The position numbers and the translations under genes are program-made. Shown piece by piece: positions 1 through 9,081 of a stretch of 34,461 nucleotides of DNA (position 1 is its first letter; every line of letters begins with the position of its first letter). Below the pieces are notes generated by a model. That model made no database searches. It saw only the letters and a program-made list of their open reading frames with translations, and was not told where the DNA came from. The stretch lies in the sequence record DRR723986_8736; one strand, 5' to 3'.

Positions 1-343
1 AAGTTTCGGCTGGGAGAGTGGAAGGGAATTGTAACTCCAAACTTCCTTCATATGCACCTAAACCCGCTAAGAACCCTGGGCTGCCATACAATCTAGCGAA
101 CTGATTATCATCACTTAACGCATTATTTTTATCCTGAACTGTAGACTCAAGACAAAACAAACCACAGCTCCGATCATCATCACTGATTTCAGTGGCTATG
201 GTGGGAAATTGCTTTGTTTGACCGTAGGCCTCTGTCAAAAAACATACAGCAATTAATGAGTATATAAAAAAAGCAACACCATACCTAAGTATGGCGCTTA
301 TACCTCTCAATTTCAGACTATTATATTTAAAGAGAGTTTTCAT
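1..343 (-). CDS. 5' part of a secreted surface protein, paralog of 846..3194 (runs off the window edge; not in ORF track)
   Basis: Manual translation from ATG at 343, open to base 2: MKTLFKYNSLKLRGISAILRYGVAFFIYSLIAVCFLTEAYGQTKQFPTIATEISDDDRSCGLFCLESTVQDKNNALSDDNQFARLYGSPGFLAGLGAYEGSLELQFPSTLPAET. Signal peptide ends AYG-Q; aligns with CMESTVKNKDNAIADNGVYSRLYANPGLIFGIANYKAILELQFGATIPANT of the next gene. Confidence 0.85.
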   Translation of the reverse strand, partial: MKTLFKYNSLKLRGISAILRYGVAFFIYSLIAVCFLTEAYGQTKQFPTIATEISDDDRSCGLFCLESTVQDKNNALSDDNQFARLYGSPGFLAGLGAYEGSLELQFPSTLPAET

Positions 344-701
344 ATGTTGTAGTTTTAAAATTTTTCGATTGAAATAATAGATTGGGTTGATTATAAAGGA
401 CATTATTGAGCACAATACCCGAAATTGAAAAAGCTGGTTGAAAAAAATTATCAACTGCACTAAAAGAGCATAATAAACGATCCAAACAATTAAAAAATGA
501 ACAGCATAAAAACTGTATACTACTCTTTATTAACCCCTTAACATTAGATGTCATTACATCTAACATCAGGGATAAAGCACTTTTAAAAACTAGGATAATA
601 AAATAACAGTAGCTGTACTTCATAGAGAATATTTAAGCAGTAATAATTTCAACTTTACAAAAATTAGAAATTATATATCGACTCTAAAAGGCATACTGCC
701 A

Positions 702-731
702 TTCTGTTATTTAATTGCAATTTTCTGTTAT
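702..731. promoter_or_regulatory. Direct repeat TTCTGTTAT-N12-TTCTGTTAT, candidate LytTR-family binding site
   Basis: Perfect 9-mers at 702-710 and 723-731 (21-bp period). AgrA/LytTR sites are typically ~9-bp GTT-core direct repeats with a ~12-bp spacer; two LytTR genes lie nearby. Confidence 0.45.
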
Positions 732-845
732 CAAAAAGACAATAACTCCAAGAAAAAGGAAAAACAACATGGTTCAATAGCTAAACATATAGCATATATT
801 TTCCTTCTATAAGGCACAGCTATCAAATCAGGATTAGATCCGAAA

Positions 846-3194
846 TTAATTTTTAATTAAATGTATTGCGTGTTTATCACTCGAGTCGATAATGATCAAA
901 AAATATTCACCAGGCGGGTGAGATTCCAAATTACTGATCCGTAGAGTATTTTGCCTACTTACTCTTGCTTTTCCAGCTCTAAGAATTGATCCTTTTCCGG
1001 AATACAATTGATAGGAAATCTCTTTACTCTCGCTGTAGCTAGTTCCTATAGTGAATTGATTTTCAAACTGATTAGGATACACCTGATAGGCATTTGAAAG
1101 GCCATGGGCATTGTAAACACGGCGCAAGTCAGAAGTGAATTCTATCTCACTATTTTCATTTATCAAAACCAGTCTATAATAGCTTTCTCCTTTTAAAGGG
1201 GTTTCATCCAAATACCTATTGGAAACTTCCTCACTCAAGTTTTTCGCCCCAATTTCTCTGAAATCTAGATTTGAACCGGCTCTTTGAATGATTACCTTTT
1301 TATTTTCAGGTTGTTTTGAGAATTCCCAAGACAAATCAACCTCACCCATTGATGTTAAATTGGCATCGAAACGCTCAAGAGAAACATTCAAAATTCTTGC
1401 GATTGAACTCAGATCCAGTTCCATAGGCTCATCTGAGATGCATCCTTCATTAGGAATCCAATTCAAATAAAATTTGTATGGATCAGTTTCATCTCTAAAC
1501 TTAAGCCCTGTCATGGTTAGATCTGCACCATCCAATTCGAACAGTACATCATCTATCACAAAGCCATCTGTAATCTGTATAGCCATATCTTCATCCACGT
1601 ACCATTCGAAAAAACCATCAGTTGGCAGATCTTTAATCGAGGGTTTTAGAGTCATTGGATTTACCCCTTCCAAATAGGTATACTTTCCATCTTCATCTAT
1701 TCCTAGCTCACCTGAAGGCTCAATTCTGTAGTTTGCTGGGGTTGGAACAGGTTTTACCTTGATTTTGAATCGAGATGGCTCACTCTCGCCAGCACAGGAT
1801 AGTCCATTTGACTTTACTAAAAATTCGTGGTCTCCTGGAGCAAGGTCAATAGGAGTTGTATATGCATCTGCTATTCCTATTGCGGTCTCATCATTATTAG
1901 ATTCTATTCTATACCAATTCAAATCCCCTCCTGCAGCATTATCTGGGGTCACAGTTACTGTTTGTCCATAGCAAATTTCATAGAATCCTTCCTCAGGGAT
2001 ATCCGTAATTTCAGGTCTGACTGGTACCACAGTCACTCCGCTAACCATTAGACTCCCCTCAAGTAAACCTGCACCCACCAAAGACGAAACCCTGATCCCT
2101 ATTTTATCTATAGGCGATAAATTATCACTAATAGGAAACTTAAAAAATTCATCAGAAGCCAATAATCCCAAAATATCTAGCTCTAACAGGGAGGAGGCGT
2201 CAGTTGCACTGACTTCAGTACCATTTGAATAAGCCACCAACTCCACATAATTTAAAAGTCCTAAATCCAGCAGGGATTGCCCTGTGGCCATACTTATTAA
2301 GATTTCATTACCTGGCTGTACAGGAGAATTGAAATAAATCATCTGCTCAACAGCGCCAGCAACTCCAACCACACCTAGCGAAATTTCCGAAAAAGTATTC
2401 TCCAAATCACTGTCTATAGCCAGATTTAAGGATTCTATAGCATTGTTAAGTTCCAGAGCTTCCAAAGTGATCCCACTTCCATCGAAACTGGTGAATGTCG
2501 GTTCGGCACCGCATGGATCGGGTTGAAAATAAAAAGCATGATAAACATCCAGAGTATACTCCGCATTGAGACCTGCAACTGAAGAAGCTTTATTCGTTAT
2601 TCTAATTCGATCGTAGGAGGAAGCCGGCTTGATAGCCACGTAATAATTACCATATTCATCACTAACCAATCTCACACGATCTGTATCAAATCCTTCTATA
2701 CTAGATCGTGACAAAACTGAGCTGGAAGATGTACGTGCATCGATTATTATCTCTTGCTCGCCAAATAACAAAGAGCCCAGTACACCTGAAAGTAGATCAC
2801 CGAGACTTCCTCCAAGCAAAGATTGAAGTAAACTATCTTCACCATCAATTCGAATGTAGGTGGTGGTATTTGCAGGTATAGTTGCACCAAATTGGAGTTC
2901 TAATATTGCTTTGTAATTAGCTATACCAAATATTAACCCCGGATTTGCATATAATCTGCTATAAACACCATTGTCAGCGATTGCATTATCTTTATTTTTA
3001 ACAGTGGACTCCATACATGGAAAGGCATTTAAAGTCCCACAACCCAAACTGCTAACTACACGTTGGTCTGAACTAATTCTAACAGCCGTAGTGGTATAAA
3101 TACTACTTGCATAAGTTGATCGGCAGACAAGAACCGCAGAGATAACAAGAGCAATAAATACTTTTAAACAGATATTTAACCGACGACCTTCCAT
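846..3194 (-). CDS. T9SS-secreted (type A CTD) surface protein with repeated beta-rich N-terminal domains and Ig-like domains
   Basis: Signal peptide; Ig-like segment (ICYGQTVTVTP...LNWY); pre-CTD domain (LNVSLERFDA...VDLSW...YLDETP..GESYYRL); C-terminal VYPN...PPGEYFLII...LIKN typical of a T9SS type A sorting domain. Confidence 0.85.
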   Translation of the reverse strand: MEGRRLNICLKVFIALVISAVLVCRSTYASSIYTTTAVRISSDQRVVSSLGCGTLNAFPCMESTVKNKDNAIADNGVYSRLYANPGLIFGIANYKAILELQFGATIPANTTTYIRIDGEDSLLQSLLGGSLGDLLSGVLGSLLFGEQEIIIDARTSSSSVLSRSSIEGFDTDRVRLVSDEYGNYYVAIKPASSYDRIRITNKASSVAGLNAEYTLDVYHAFYFQPDPCGAEPTFTSFDGSGITLEALELNNAIESLNLAIDSDLENTFSEISLGVVGVAGAVEQMIYFNSPVQPGNEILISMATGQSLLDLGLLNYVELVAYSNGTEVSATDASSLLELDILGLLASDEFFKFPISDNLSPIDKIGIRVSSLVGAGLLEGSLMVSGVTVVPVRPEITDIPEEGFYEICYGQTVTVTPDNAAGGDLNWYRIESNNDETAIGIADAYTTPIDLAPGDHEFLVKSNGLSCAGESEPSRFKIKVKPVPTPANYRIEPSGELGIDEDGKYTYLEGVNPMTLKPSIKDLPTDGFFEWYVDEDMAIQITDGFVIDDVLFELDGADLTMTGLKFRDETDPYKFYLNWIPNEGCISDEPMELDLSSIARILNVSLERFDANLTSMGEVDLSWEFSKQPENKKVIIQRAGSNLDFREIGAKNLSEEVSNRYLDETPLKGESYYRLVLINENSEIEFTSDLRRVYNAHGLSNAYQVYPNQFENQFTIGTSYSESKEISYQLYSGKGSILRAGKARVSRQNTLRISNLESHPPGEYFLIIIDSSDKHAIHLIKN

Positions 3195-3452
3195 TTAGAA
3201 TAAAATCTTCAAGAAGGAATCTATATACTTTATGCAATTTTTAAAAAAGGCAACTTATTACCTCCACATTCTGGTTAAATAAAAAAATCAGTTGACAAAA
3301 AAATATATTTAAAATTCATTTATCCATGAACTTATTACAAATAAAAATTAAAATAAATAATTTAATAACATATTAAGCATTTTAGATTTCAATAATCCAC
3401 CGTTTGATAACAACAAAGTCCAAAATCTTCTAAAAAGGGATATTCAAATCTT

Positions 3453-5792
3453 CTAAATACCAAAAAGCAGTCTTACAGTAGTACCCTTTCCAGGTTTTGA
3501 GTAAATTTTAATCTCACCTTTATGCATCTCTACGAAATTCTTAACCGCGACTAATCCGAAGCCTGTTCCCTCTACTCCATTTACATTTGACCCTCTAAAA
3601 AAGGGAGTGAATACATAGGGTAGCTCTTCCTCCAGGATTCCTATCCCAAAATCCTTCACTTCTATTCCATTCATCCTATCCTGTTGAAACAAGCGCACAA
3701 TCGGTTTCTTTGACACTCCGCCATATTTCAATGCATTATTTACCAAATTGATAAGGCTGGTATGCATCAAAAAATTATCCCATTCCATTCTCACTCCATT
3801 TTCAACCTCAGAGATAAAATCTACTTTCCCCAGGTAATCGTGCTTTGCCAAGGCCTCTTGGACAAAAGAAACGAATTCCACCTCTTCCTTTTTCAATGCG
3901 GGACTATTATTTACAAATCGCTCATAATCAAGAGAATTAGAGATCAATTTATGAAGATTATCAAGTTCAACCTCTATTTTCCTATGATGAGTTTGAAGCT
4001 TAGCAGCACCCGGAATATCAGCCAAATTCTCCAAGTAAATTTTTGATAGCTCCATACTTGAAATTATGGTAGCTAACGGTGTTTTAAATTCATGAGAAAC
4101 AATATTCATGAAATCAGACACAAAGGAATTGAATTGCCTCTCTTTCCGCAGCGATTCGATTAGCCTCTGTTCAAAATTCATTTGAGAAGAAACATCTCTA
4201 ATCACTGCGATAATCTTTTGATTATTGTTCTCATTAAGAATATTCAAATTTGATTCTACCCAATATTCACCCTCGTCCTTGAAGTACAACTTCAATCTTG
4301 ATCTATATCTTCCATCCGAAATTTTAAATTCTGGAGTTAGAGTCTTTTTCAAAAGAACCCTGATTTTCCTGTGCATCTCCTCCTCCCTGGTCCCTTTATC
4401 AAAAAATTGTGACACAGAAGGCGAAATAAATTCAAACTCAGATAAATTGTTCAATACAACAATCACATCAGGACTGTGATCTGCTACGGTGGCCAAGATT
4501 TGAGCTCCCACCTGAGAATTCTTCTCAAATTTGATTTTATCCTGCTCCGTTTTAAATGCGTCAATTATAACCGAATACGTAGAAATAAATGGCTTCAAAT
4601 CAGTTATATCCTGATCTGTAAAACCTCCCTTTTTATTCCCAAGTCCAATTAATCCAATTACTTCCTTCCCCTTAAATATTGGAACCCCTAAAAAATTCTC
4701 CATGGTTGGGTGCCCTGGAATTTTTTTCCCCTTAGTATGAGGATTGGCGGGCGGATTATTTTCCAAAATAATTTTGGATTCAACTATGCAAGCTCCAAAA
4801 AGGTTATCAAAATGTCTGAATAAGAAATCGTCTTTTACATATTTATGGTAGAGTTGATAAGCTTCTGGTCCATTTCCTGAAATATCTGTTGCTGCATGGA
4901 TTTTTAAAACCTGTACTCCCTTCGTGTCTAGGTCTACTTTACCTACAAACCCAAGCTTTGCATCAATTACGCTCAGAATATTGCTTAACAACAGGTCATA
5001 AGGATTGGCTCCTACGGGCTTTGATAAAAAATGACTCTGTACCTCAACAACTCTAGAAAGGAGTTCATTCGTCCTTTGAAGTTGTTTCTCTGTGGCTTTC
5101 TGGACTGAAATACTTTTGAGAGAACAGAATATATAAACTTCATCATCAGGAGAAGTCTTGTATAAAGTCATTTCATACCAAGTTCCTTCCTGTTTTTCCA
5201 AGTAGAGATGTGACTCAAAGACAGAAGAAGAAGTCGTCCCATTTTTAACCCAATCAATTACGCATTCATACTGCTCTTTATTCACAAAAAAATCACTGAT
5301 CACAAATCCCGAAGCTAATTCTGAAAAAGGTTGGAGCAATAGAAGTTTTAAGGTGGAATTTACCGCGATGACACGTTTCAAACCAATATCAAAAACTATC
5401 GCAGGCTTCACCGTTTTTTCTAAAGACTCCATGATAGTGTCATAAGACAATTCAAAAATATTCTGTCTGTTATGAAAATTAATAACCAAGTGTAAGCTCT
5501 GCTTTTCATGATCGACCCAGAACAATTCATTCACATAAAATTTTTCACCGTTCTGCTTGATTGTATAATTAAATATCTGGTCTCCTGCTAATTCTAGGTT
5601 TCTCTTCTGTATTTCATTTTCATCAGATTTGGTTATCCGTTCATAATCTTTAAAGTTAAGCACCTGACATACAAACTCTTCCCCAAAATGCAATTTTAAG
5701 CGATCACTTATTTTGAGAATACTCCCTGTCTTTAAATCAAAAAGTAAATCTTCATTTTCGAAGACAGTGAGTTGAGATTTGTCTGAAGCCAT
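3453..5792 (-). CDS. Cytoplasmic PAS/GAF sensor histidine kinase
   Basis: H-box VSHEFKTPLATI, N-box NLVNNALKY, G1 DFGIGI, G2 GTGFGL; GAF motif PGHPTMENFLGVPIFKGKEVIGLIGLGNK; PAS-like segments; no evident transmembrane helix. Confidence 0.9.
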   Translation of the reverse strand: MASDKSQLTVFENEDLLFDLKTGSILKISDRLKLHFGEEFVCQVLNFKDYERITKSDENEIQKRNLELAGDQIFNYTIKQNGEKFYVNELFWVDHEKQSLHLVINFHNRQNIFELSYDTIMESLEKTVKPAIVFDIGLKRVIAVNSTLKLLLLQPFSELASGFVISDFFVNKEQYECVIDWVKNGTTSSSVFESHLYLEKQEGTWYEMTLYKTSPDDEVYIFCSLKSISVQKATEKQLQRTNELLSRVVEVQSHFLSKPVGANPYDLLLSNILSVIDAKLGFVGKVDLDTKGVQVLKIHAATDISGNGPEAYQLYHKYVKDDFLFRHFDNLFGACIVESKIILENNPPANPHTKGKKIPGHPTMENFLGVPIFKGKEVIGLIGLGNKKGGFTDQDITDLKPFISTYSVIIDAFKTEQDKIKFEKNSQVGAQILATVADHSPDVIVVLNNLSEFEFISPSVSQFFDKGTREEEMHRKIRVLLKKTLTPEFKISDGRYRSRLKLYFKDEGEYWVESNLNILNENNNQKIIAVIRDVSSQMNFEQRLIESLRKERQFNSFVSDFMNIVSHEFKTPLATIISSMELSKIYLENLADIPGAAKLQTHHRKIEVELDNLHKLISNSLDYERFVNNSPALKKEEVEFVSFVQEALAKHDYLGKVDFISEVENGVRMEWDNFLMHTSLINLVNNALKYGGVSKKPIVRLFQQDRMNGIEVKDFGIGILEEELPYVFTPFFRGSNVNGVEGTGFGLVAVKNFVEMHKGEIKIYSKPGKGTTVRLLFGI

Positions 5793-5879
5793 ATTTTTAA
5801 TTTTTATATTTTAGATAAAAAGTATTGAAATACTCCTACTTTTTATTTTTTTAGTAATGAAACAACAAAGGGAGCACAA

Positions 5880-6620
5880 ATGGACCAATTCTATACAAAA
5901 CCTAAAGTATTGCTAGTTGAGGATAATTTCAACCTTTCTGAAAATATCAAGGAGATATTAACCCTAAGAGGATATGATATTGTAAAAATATTGGATCAGG
6001 CAGAAACGGCTCTTTCGATCATTGAGGAGAACTCTCCAGATTTAGTATTGGTAGATATAAAACTAAAAGGCAATAAAACGGGCATAGAACTAGCTGAAGA
6101 ATTAAGGCAAACTATAGACCTTCCCATAGTTTTTCTAACCAGCGCTTCAGGTAAAGAAATAGTAAAAAGAGTAAATCATATTCAACCAGATGGTTTTATC
6201 ACTAAACCATTCACATCCAATTCCCTTGTAACCAGCATTGAATTGGCAATGGAGAGACATAAAGTCAACCTAAAAAAATCTGCCGATCAGCAGAAAAACA
6301 CCAATACCGACCTATTTATCAGAGAAAATGGCTGGTTGAAAAAAATTCTGATTTCGGATATAAGCTATATCAAAGCGGAAGGAACCTACACTCATATTTT
6401 TGTAAAGGAGAAACAATATACTTTGAGAAACACGGTCAAAGACTTAATGAAGAAACTTCCTGAAAATCAGTTCTCTAGGGTTCACAAGTCATATATAGCG
6501 AATATGGAAAAAATAGAAGCACTCAGCTCCAATGCTGTCAAAATTGACAATATAGAAATCCCTATTGGTCGCAACTACTACCATACCTTGCTTCAAAATA
6601 TAAATAAACTTTCCAACTAA
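5880..6620 (+). CDS. LytR/AlgR-family response regulator (REC + LytTR)
   Basis: LLVEDN, DLVLVDI (phospho-Asp), FLTS, TKPF in REC; LytTR motifs YIKAEGTYT, FSRVHKSYIAN, IPIGRNY. Confidence 0.93.
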   Translation: MDQFYTKPKVLLVEDNFNLSENIKEILTLRGYDIVKILDQAETALSIIEENSPDLVLVDIKLKGNKTGIELAEELRQTIDLPIVFLTSASGKEIVKRVNHIQPDGFITKPFTSNSLVTSIELAMERHKVNLKKSADQQKNTNTDLFIRENGWLKKILISDISYIKAEGTYTHIFVKEKQYTLRNTVKDLMKKLPENQFSRVHKSYIANMEKIEALSSNAVKIDNIEIPIGRNYYHTLLQNINKLSN

Positions 6621-6702
6621 TTTCGCCTTAGCCTAATCCGATTAATCCACTTAGATCGTAAATCTTCCAAAGAAGAGTTCTTACAATTTTAATGGATCGG
6701 CC

Positions 6703-7431
6703 ATGGTTAATAGCTACTTGTATCCTACAGGCAATAATTCTATTGAAAACTCAATTTCATTATTAAAGAATTACTGCAATTCCACTTTTAATACCCCTCT
6801 AGGTTTTTTGGGAGAAGAAAGAGCGCATCTCTACAAGGTGTCACCTTTTCTCAACGGAAAGACAAGCAGGCATTCTTCATTTTTTGAATGTGAAGATTCA
6901 CTCTTAGATTACGGATCCCATAGGATCTCAATTCTGGTTTTTACGGCGATCAATGAAGATATTCTTGAGTGTGAACTAGAGAGACTTACCAAAAATCATA
7001 AAAAACTAGAACGTTTAAAATTTGAGCCAAAGTCCTATTCCTTGGAGGATATTCATCTAATAAATCAATCTAAACCCAATTCAACTATGGAAACTGATAG
7101 AGATGATTTGTATGAAAAAGAGGTTTTTATCAGAGAGAGCGGATGGCTTAAGCGACTTTTTATCAAGGATATACAATGGATCAAAGTAGAAGGAGTATAT
7201 ACTCATGTCTATAGCAACAGCAAACTCCACACGCTTAGATGTACTTCCAGAGACATTTTCAATAAGCTCCCGAAAAGTCTATTTTTCCAGGTCCACAAAA
7301 GTTATTTTGTAAATATTTTCAAAATAGATGCCCTGAAAAGGTATTCCCTGAAAATCGGAAATGATGTGCTTCCTATCGGAAAAACTTTCTACAATAAGTT
7401 ATTAGATAAGCTCCCACATCTAGGAGGTTGA
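6703..7431 (+). CDS. LytTR DNA-binding protein with degenerate receiver-like N-terminus
   Basis: C-terminal LytTR (FIRESGWLK, WIKVEGVYT, FFQVHKSYFVN, LPIGKTFY) clearly similar to the upstream regulator; N-terminus lacks recognisable acidic-pocket and phospho-Asp motifs. Start codon uncertain. Confidence 0.8.
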   Translation: MVNSYLYPTGNNSIENSISLLKNYCNSTFNTPLGFLGEERAHLYKVSPFLNGKTSRHSSFFECEDSLLDYGSHRISILVFTAINEDILECELERLTKNHKKLERLKFEPKSYSLEDIHLINQSKPNSTMETDRDDLYEKEVFIRESGWLKRLFIKDIQWIKVEGVYTHVYSNSKLHTLRCTSRDIFNKLPKSLFFQVHKSYFVNIFKIDALKRYSLKIGNDVLPIGKTFYNKLLDKLPHLGG

Positions 7432-7524
7432 CGGTTTAACTATTTCGGTTAAGATTGGATGAAAAGGAAATAATACTGCAATGCAAGCGAAGCTTAACCC
7501 TCAAGTTTACTCCACAAAGCAAAA

Positions 7525-8295
7525 TCACTTCCACTTGAACGCAAAGTAAGTCGTCGGCTCATCACTGATGTTTCGAATACCATGAAAAGATTGGGATTCC
7601 ATGAAATAAAAATCTCCAGCTTTGGCAGTGTATTCTTTTCCATCGATCATTTGGGCTGTTTCACCGGAAATCATAAGGATAATCTCAGTTTCTTCATGAG
7701 CATGAGGTTCATGACTCGCTACTTTTCTATCCAAGGTAGTGACATGCATTTCAAGTCTTTCGCACATAGCAGTTTCCCTATCAAAATAAGAACGAACACC
7801 TCCTACACTTGTAGATTTGTAAGGTAGGGAATCAGCGTTGATCATCAGCGAATTCCCTGAGGCTACTCCCCTATCTACATCCATTTTCTTCTTTGATCTA
7901 TATCGGATGATGTAATAGGTTAGCGGGGTAGTTCCTACATTTTGAAGGGAATGCATCTGCTTTGGCATCAACGAGACCACTCCATTAGCTCCAAGAATAG
8001 TGCTCTTTCCTTCTATGGTAACCTTCATCGTGCCTTCCTTGACTAATATTATCTCTTCTATATCCTCGTTTGCGTGAGCTGTACTAGGTTTGGCTCCTAC
8101 ATTTTGGGTGGTTGCATGCATCTCCAGGTAATCTAAATGTGTGGAAACTCCTTCCAATATGGGCCTACCCACTCGGTCACCATTCGGTACAACTTTAAAA
8201 TCATCCCATTTAAATACCCCAGATTTTATAGGCTGAAGTTGTGCAAAAGCTGATAATGTCATAAGGCAGAGAAGAATAGAGAGTACATATTTCAT
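7525..8295 (-). CDS. Exported bicupin-domain protein
   Basis: Signal peptide ending AFA-Q; two cupin repeats (AHANEDIEEIILVKEG...MHSLQN and PHAHEETEIILMISG...FHGIRN). Confidence 0.8.
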   Translation of the reverse strand: MKYVLSILLCLMTLSAFAQLQPIKSGVFKWDDFKVVPNGDRVGRPILEGVSTHLDYLEMHATTQNVGAKPSTAHANEDIEEIILVKEGTMKVTIEGKSTILGANGVVSLMPKQMHSLQNVGTTPLTYYIIRYRSKKKMDVDRGVASGNSLMINADSLPYKSTSVGGVRSYFDRETAMCERLEMHVTTLDRKVASHEPHAHEETEIILMISGETAQMIDGKEYTAKAGDFYFMESQSFHGIRNISDEPTTYFAFKWK

Positions 8296-8502
8296 AAGTA
8301 TAATTTTAGAAGTCGTCTAGTTAAATATAAGTAATACACTCAAGAAAATGAGACAACCTATTTCTCTAGCCCGCAGATAGTTTGGTTAAGACTACCGGAA
8401 AACAGCAAATTCTGCCTTTTGAATAAATTAGTCTTAAACAAGCCGATCACAGAACCTTGCGTGCAGGTGCTACGTGTTATCCCATTCAAACCAAATCCAT
8501 AT

Positions 8503-9081
8503 ATGAAAATCCTTACTTTACTATTCACATTAGCATTTACAGCACTTTCAATAGTCCCGGAAGTAGCGACTGTTGACACTTCAGAAAGCACAATCACTTG
8601 GACTGCCAAAAAAGTAACAGGACAGCACCATGGTAAAGTGCCTATTTCTTCTGCCACGCTTGATTACCAAAATGGTAAAATTCTCGGTGGAACTTTCGAA
8701 ATGGATATGACCAACTTGACAGTTGAAGATATTACTGATGCTGGGTCCAACAAAAGGTTAACTGACCACCTAAAATCTGATGATTTTTTCTCAGTGGAAA
8801 AGCATAATAAATCCAAGTTTGTAATCACAAAAGCAACCACTACTAATGGAAAAGACTACCAGCTCACTGGTGATTTGACAATCAAAAACATGACTAAACC
8901 GGTCACTTTTCCTGCTACCGTAGTGGTAAATGGTGGTAAAATCATAGCTACTGGCAAATTGACTTTTGACCGAACGCATTACGACATTAAATATCGTTCA
9001 GGATCTTACTTCGAAAACCTAGCCGATAAAATGATCTACGACGATGTAGAGCTAGATGTGAAATTGGTTGCAAGCGAATAA
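8503..9081 (+). CDS. YceI-family lipid/polyisoprenoid-binding protein
   Basis: VDTSESTITWTAKKVTGQHHG, LTDHLKSDDFF, GDLTIK, FDRTHYDIKY. The ATG at 8503 (MKILTLLF, signal peptide) is preferred over the ORF-track start at 8419. Confidence 0.9.
   Translation: MKILTLLFTLAFTALSIVPEVATVDTSESTITWTAKKVTGQHHGKVPISSATLDYQNGKILGGTFEMDMTNLTVEDITDAGSNKRLTDHLKSDDFFSVEKHNKSKFVITKATTTNGKDYQLTGDLTIKNMTKPVTFPATVVVNGGKIIATGKLTFDRTHYDIKYRSGSYFENLADKMIYDDVELDVKLVASE

Noticed and set aside
327-623. 98-aa ORF on the minus strand
   Set aside because: Composition reflects AT-rich intergenic DNA, it has no motif, and it overlaps the real start at 343 in another frame.
1288-4479. Short + strand ORFs inside the T9SS protein and kinase genes
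   Set aside because: Antisense shadows of long, motif-bearing genes. The same applies to the nested ORFs at 7582, 8358, 8791, 9714-12592, 13078, 13777, 17096-17939, 20880, 22400, 23364, 24113, 25063, 25494, 26087, 27210, 31298, 32005 and 33106.
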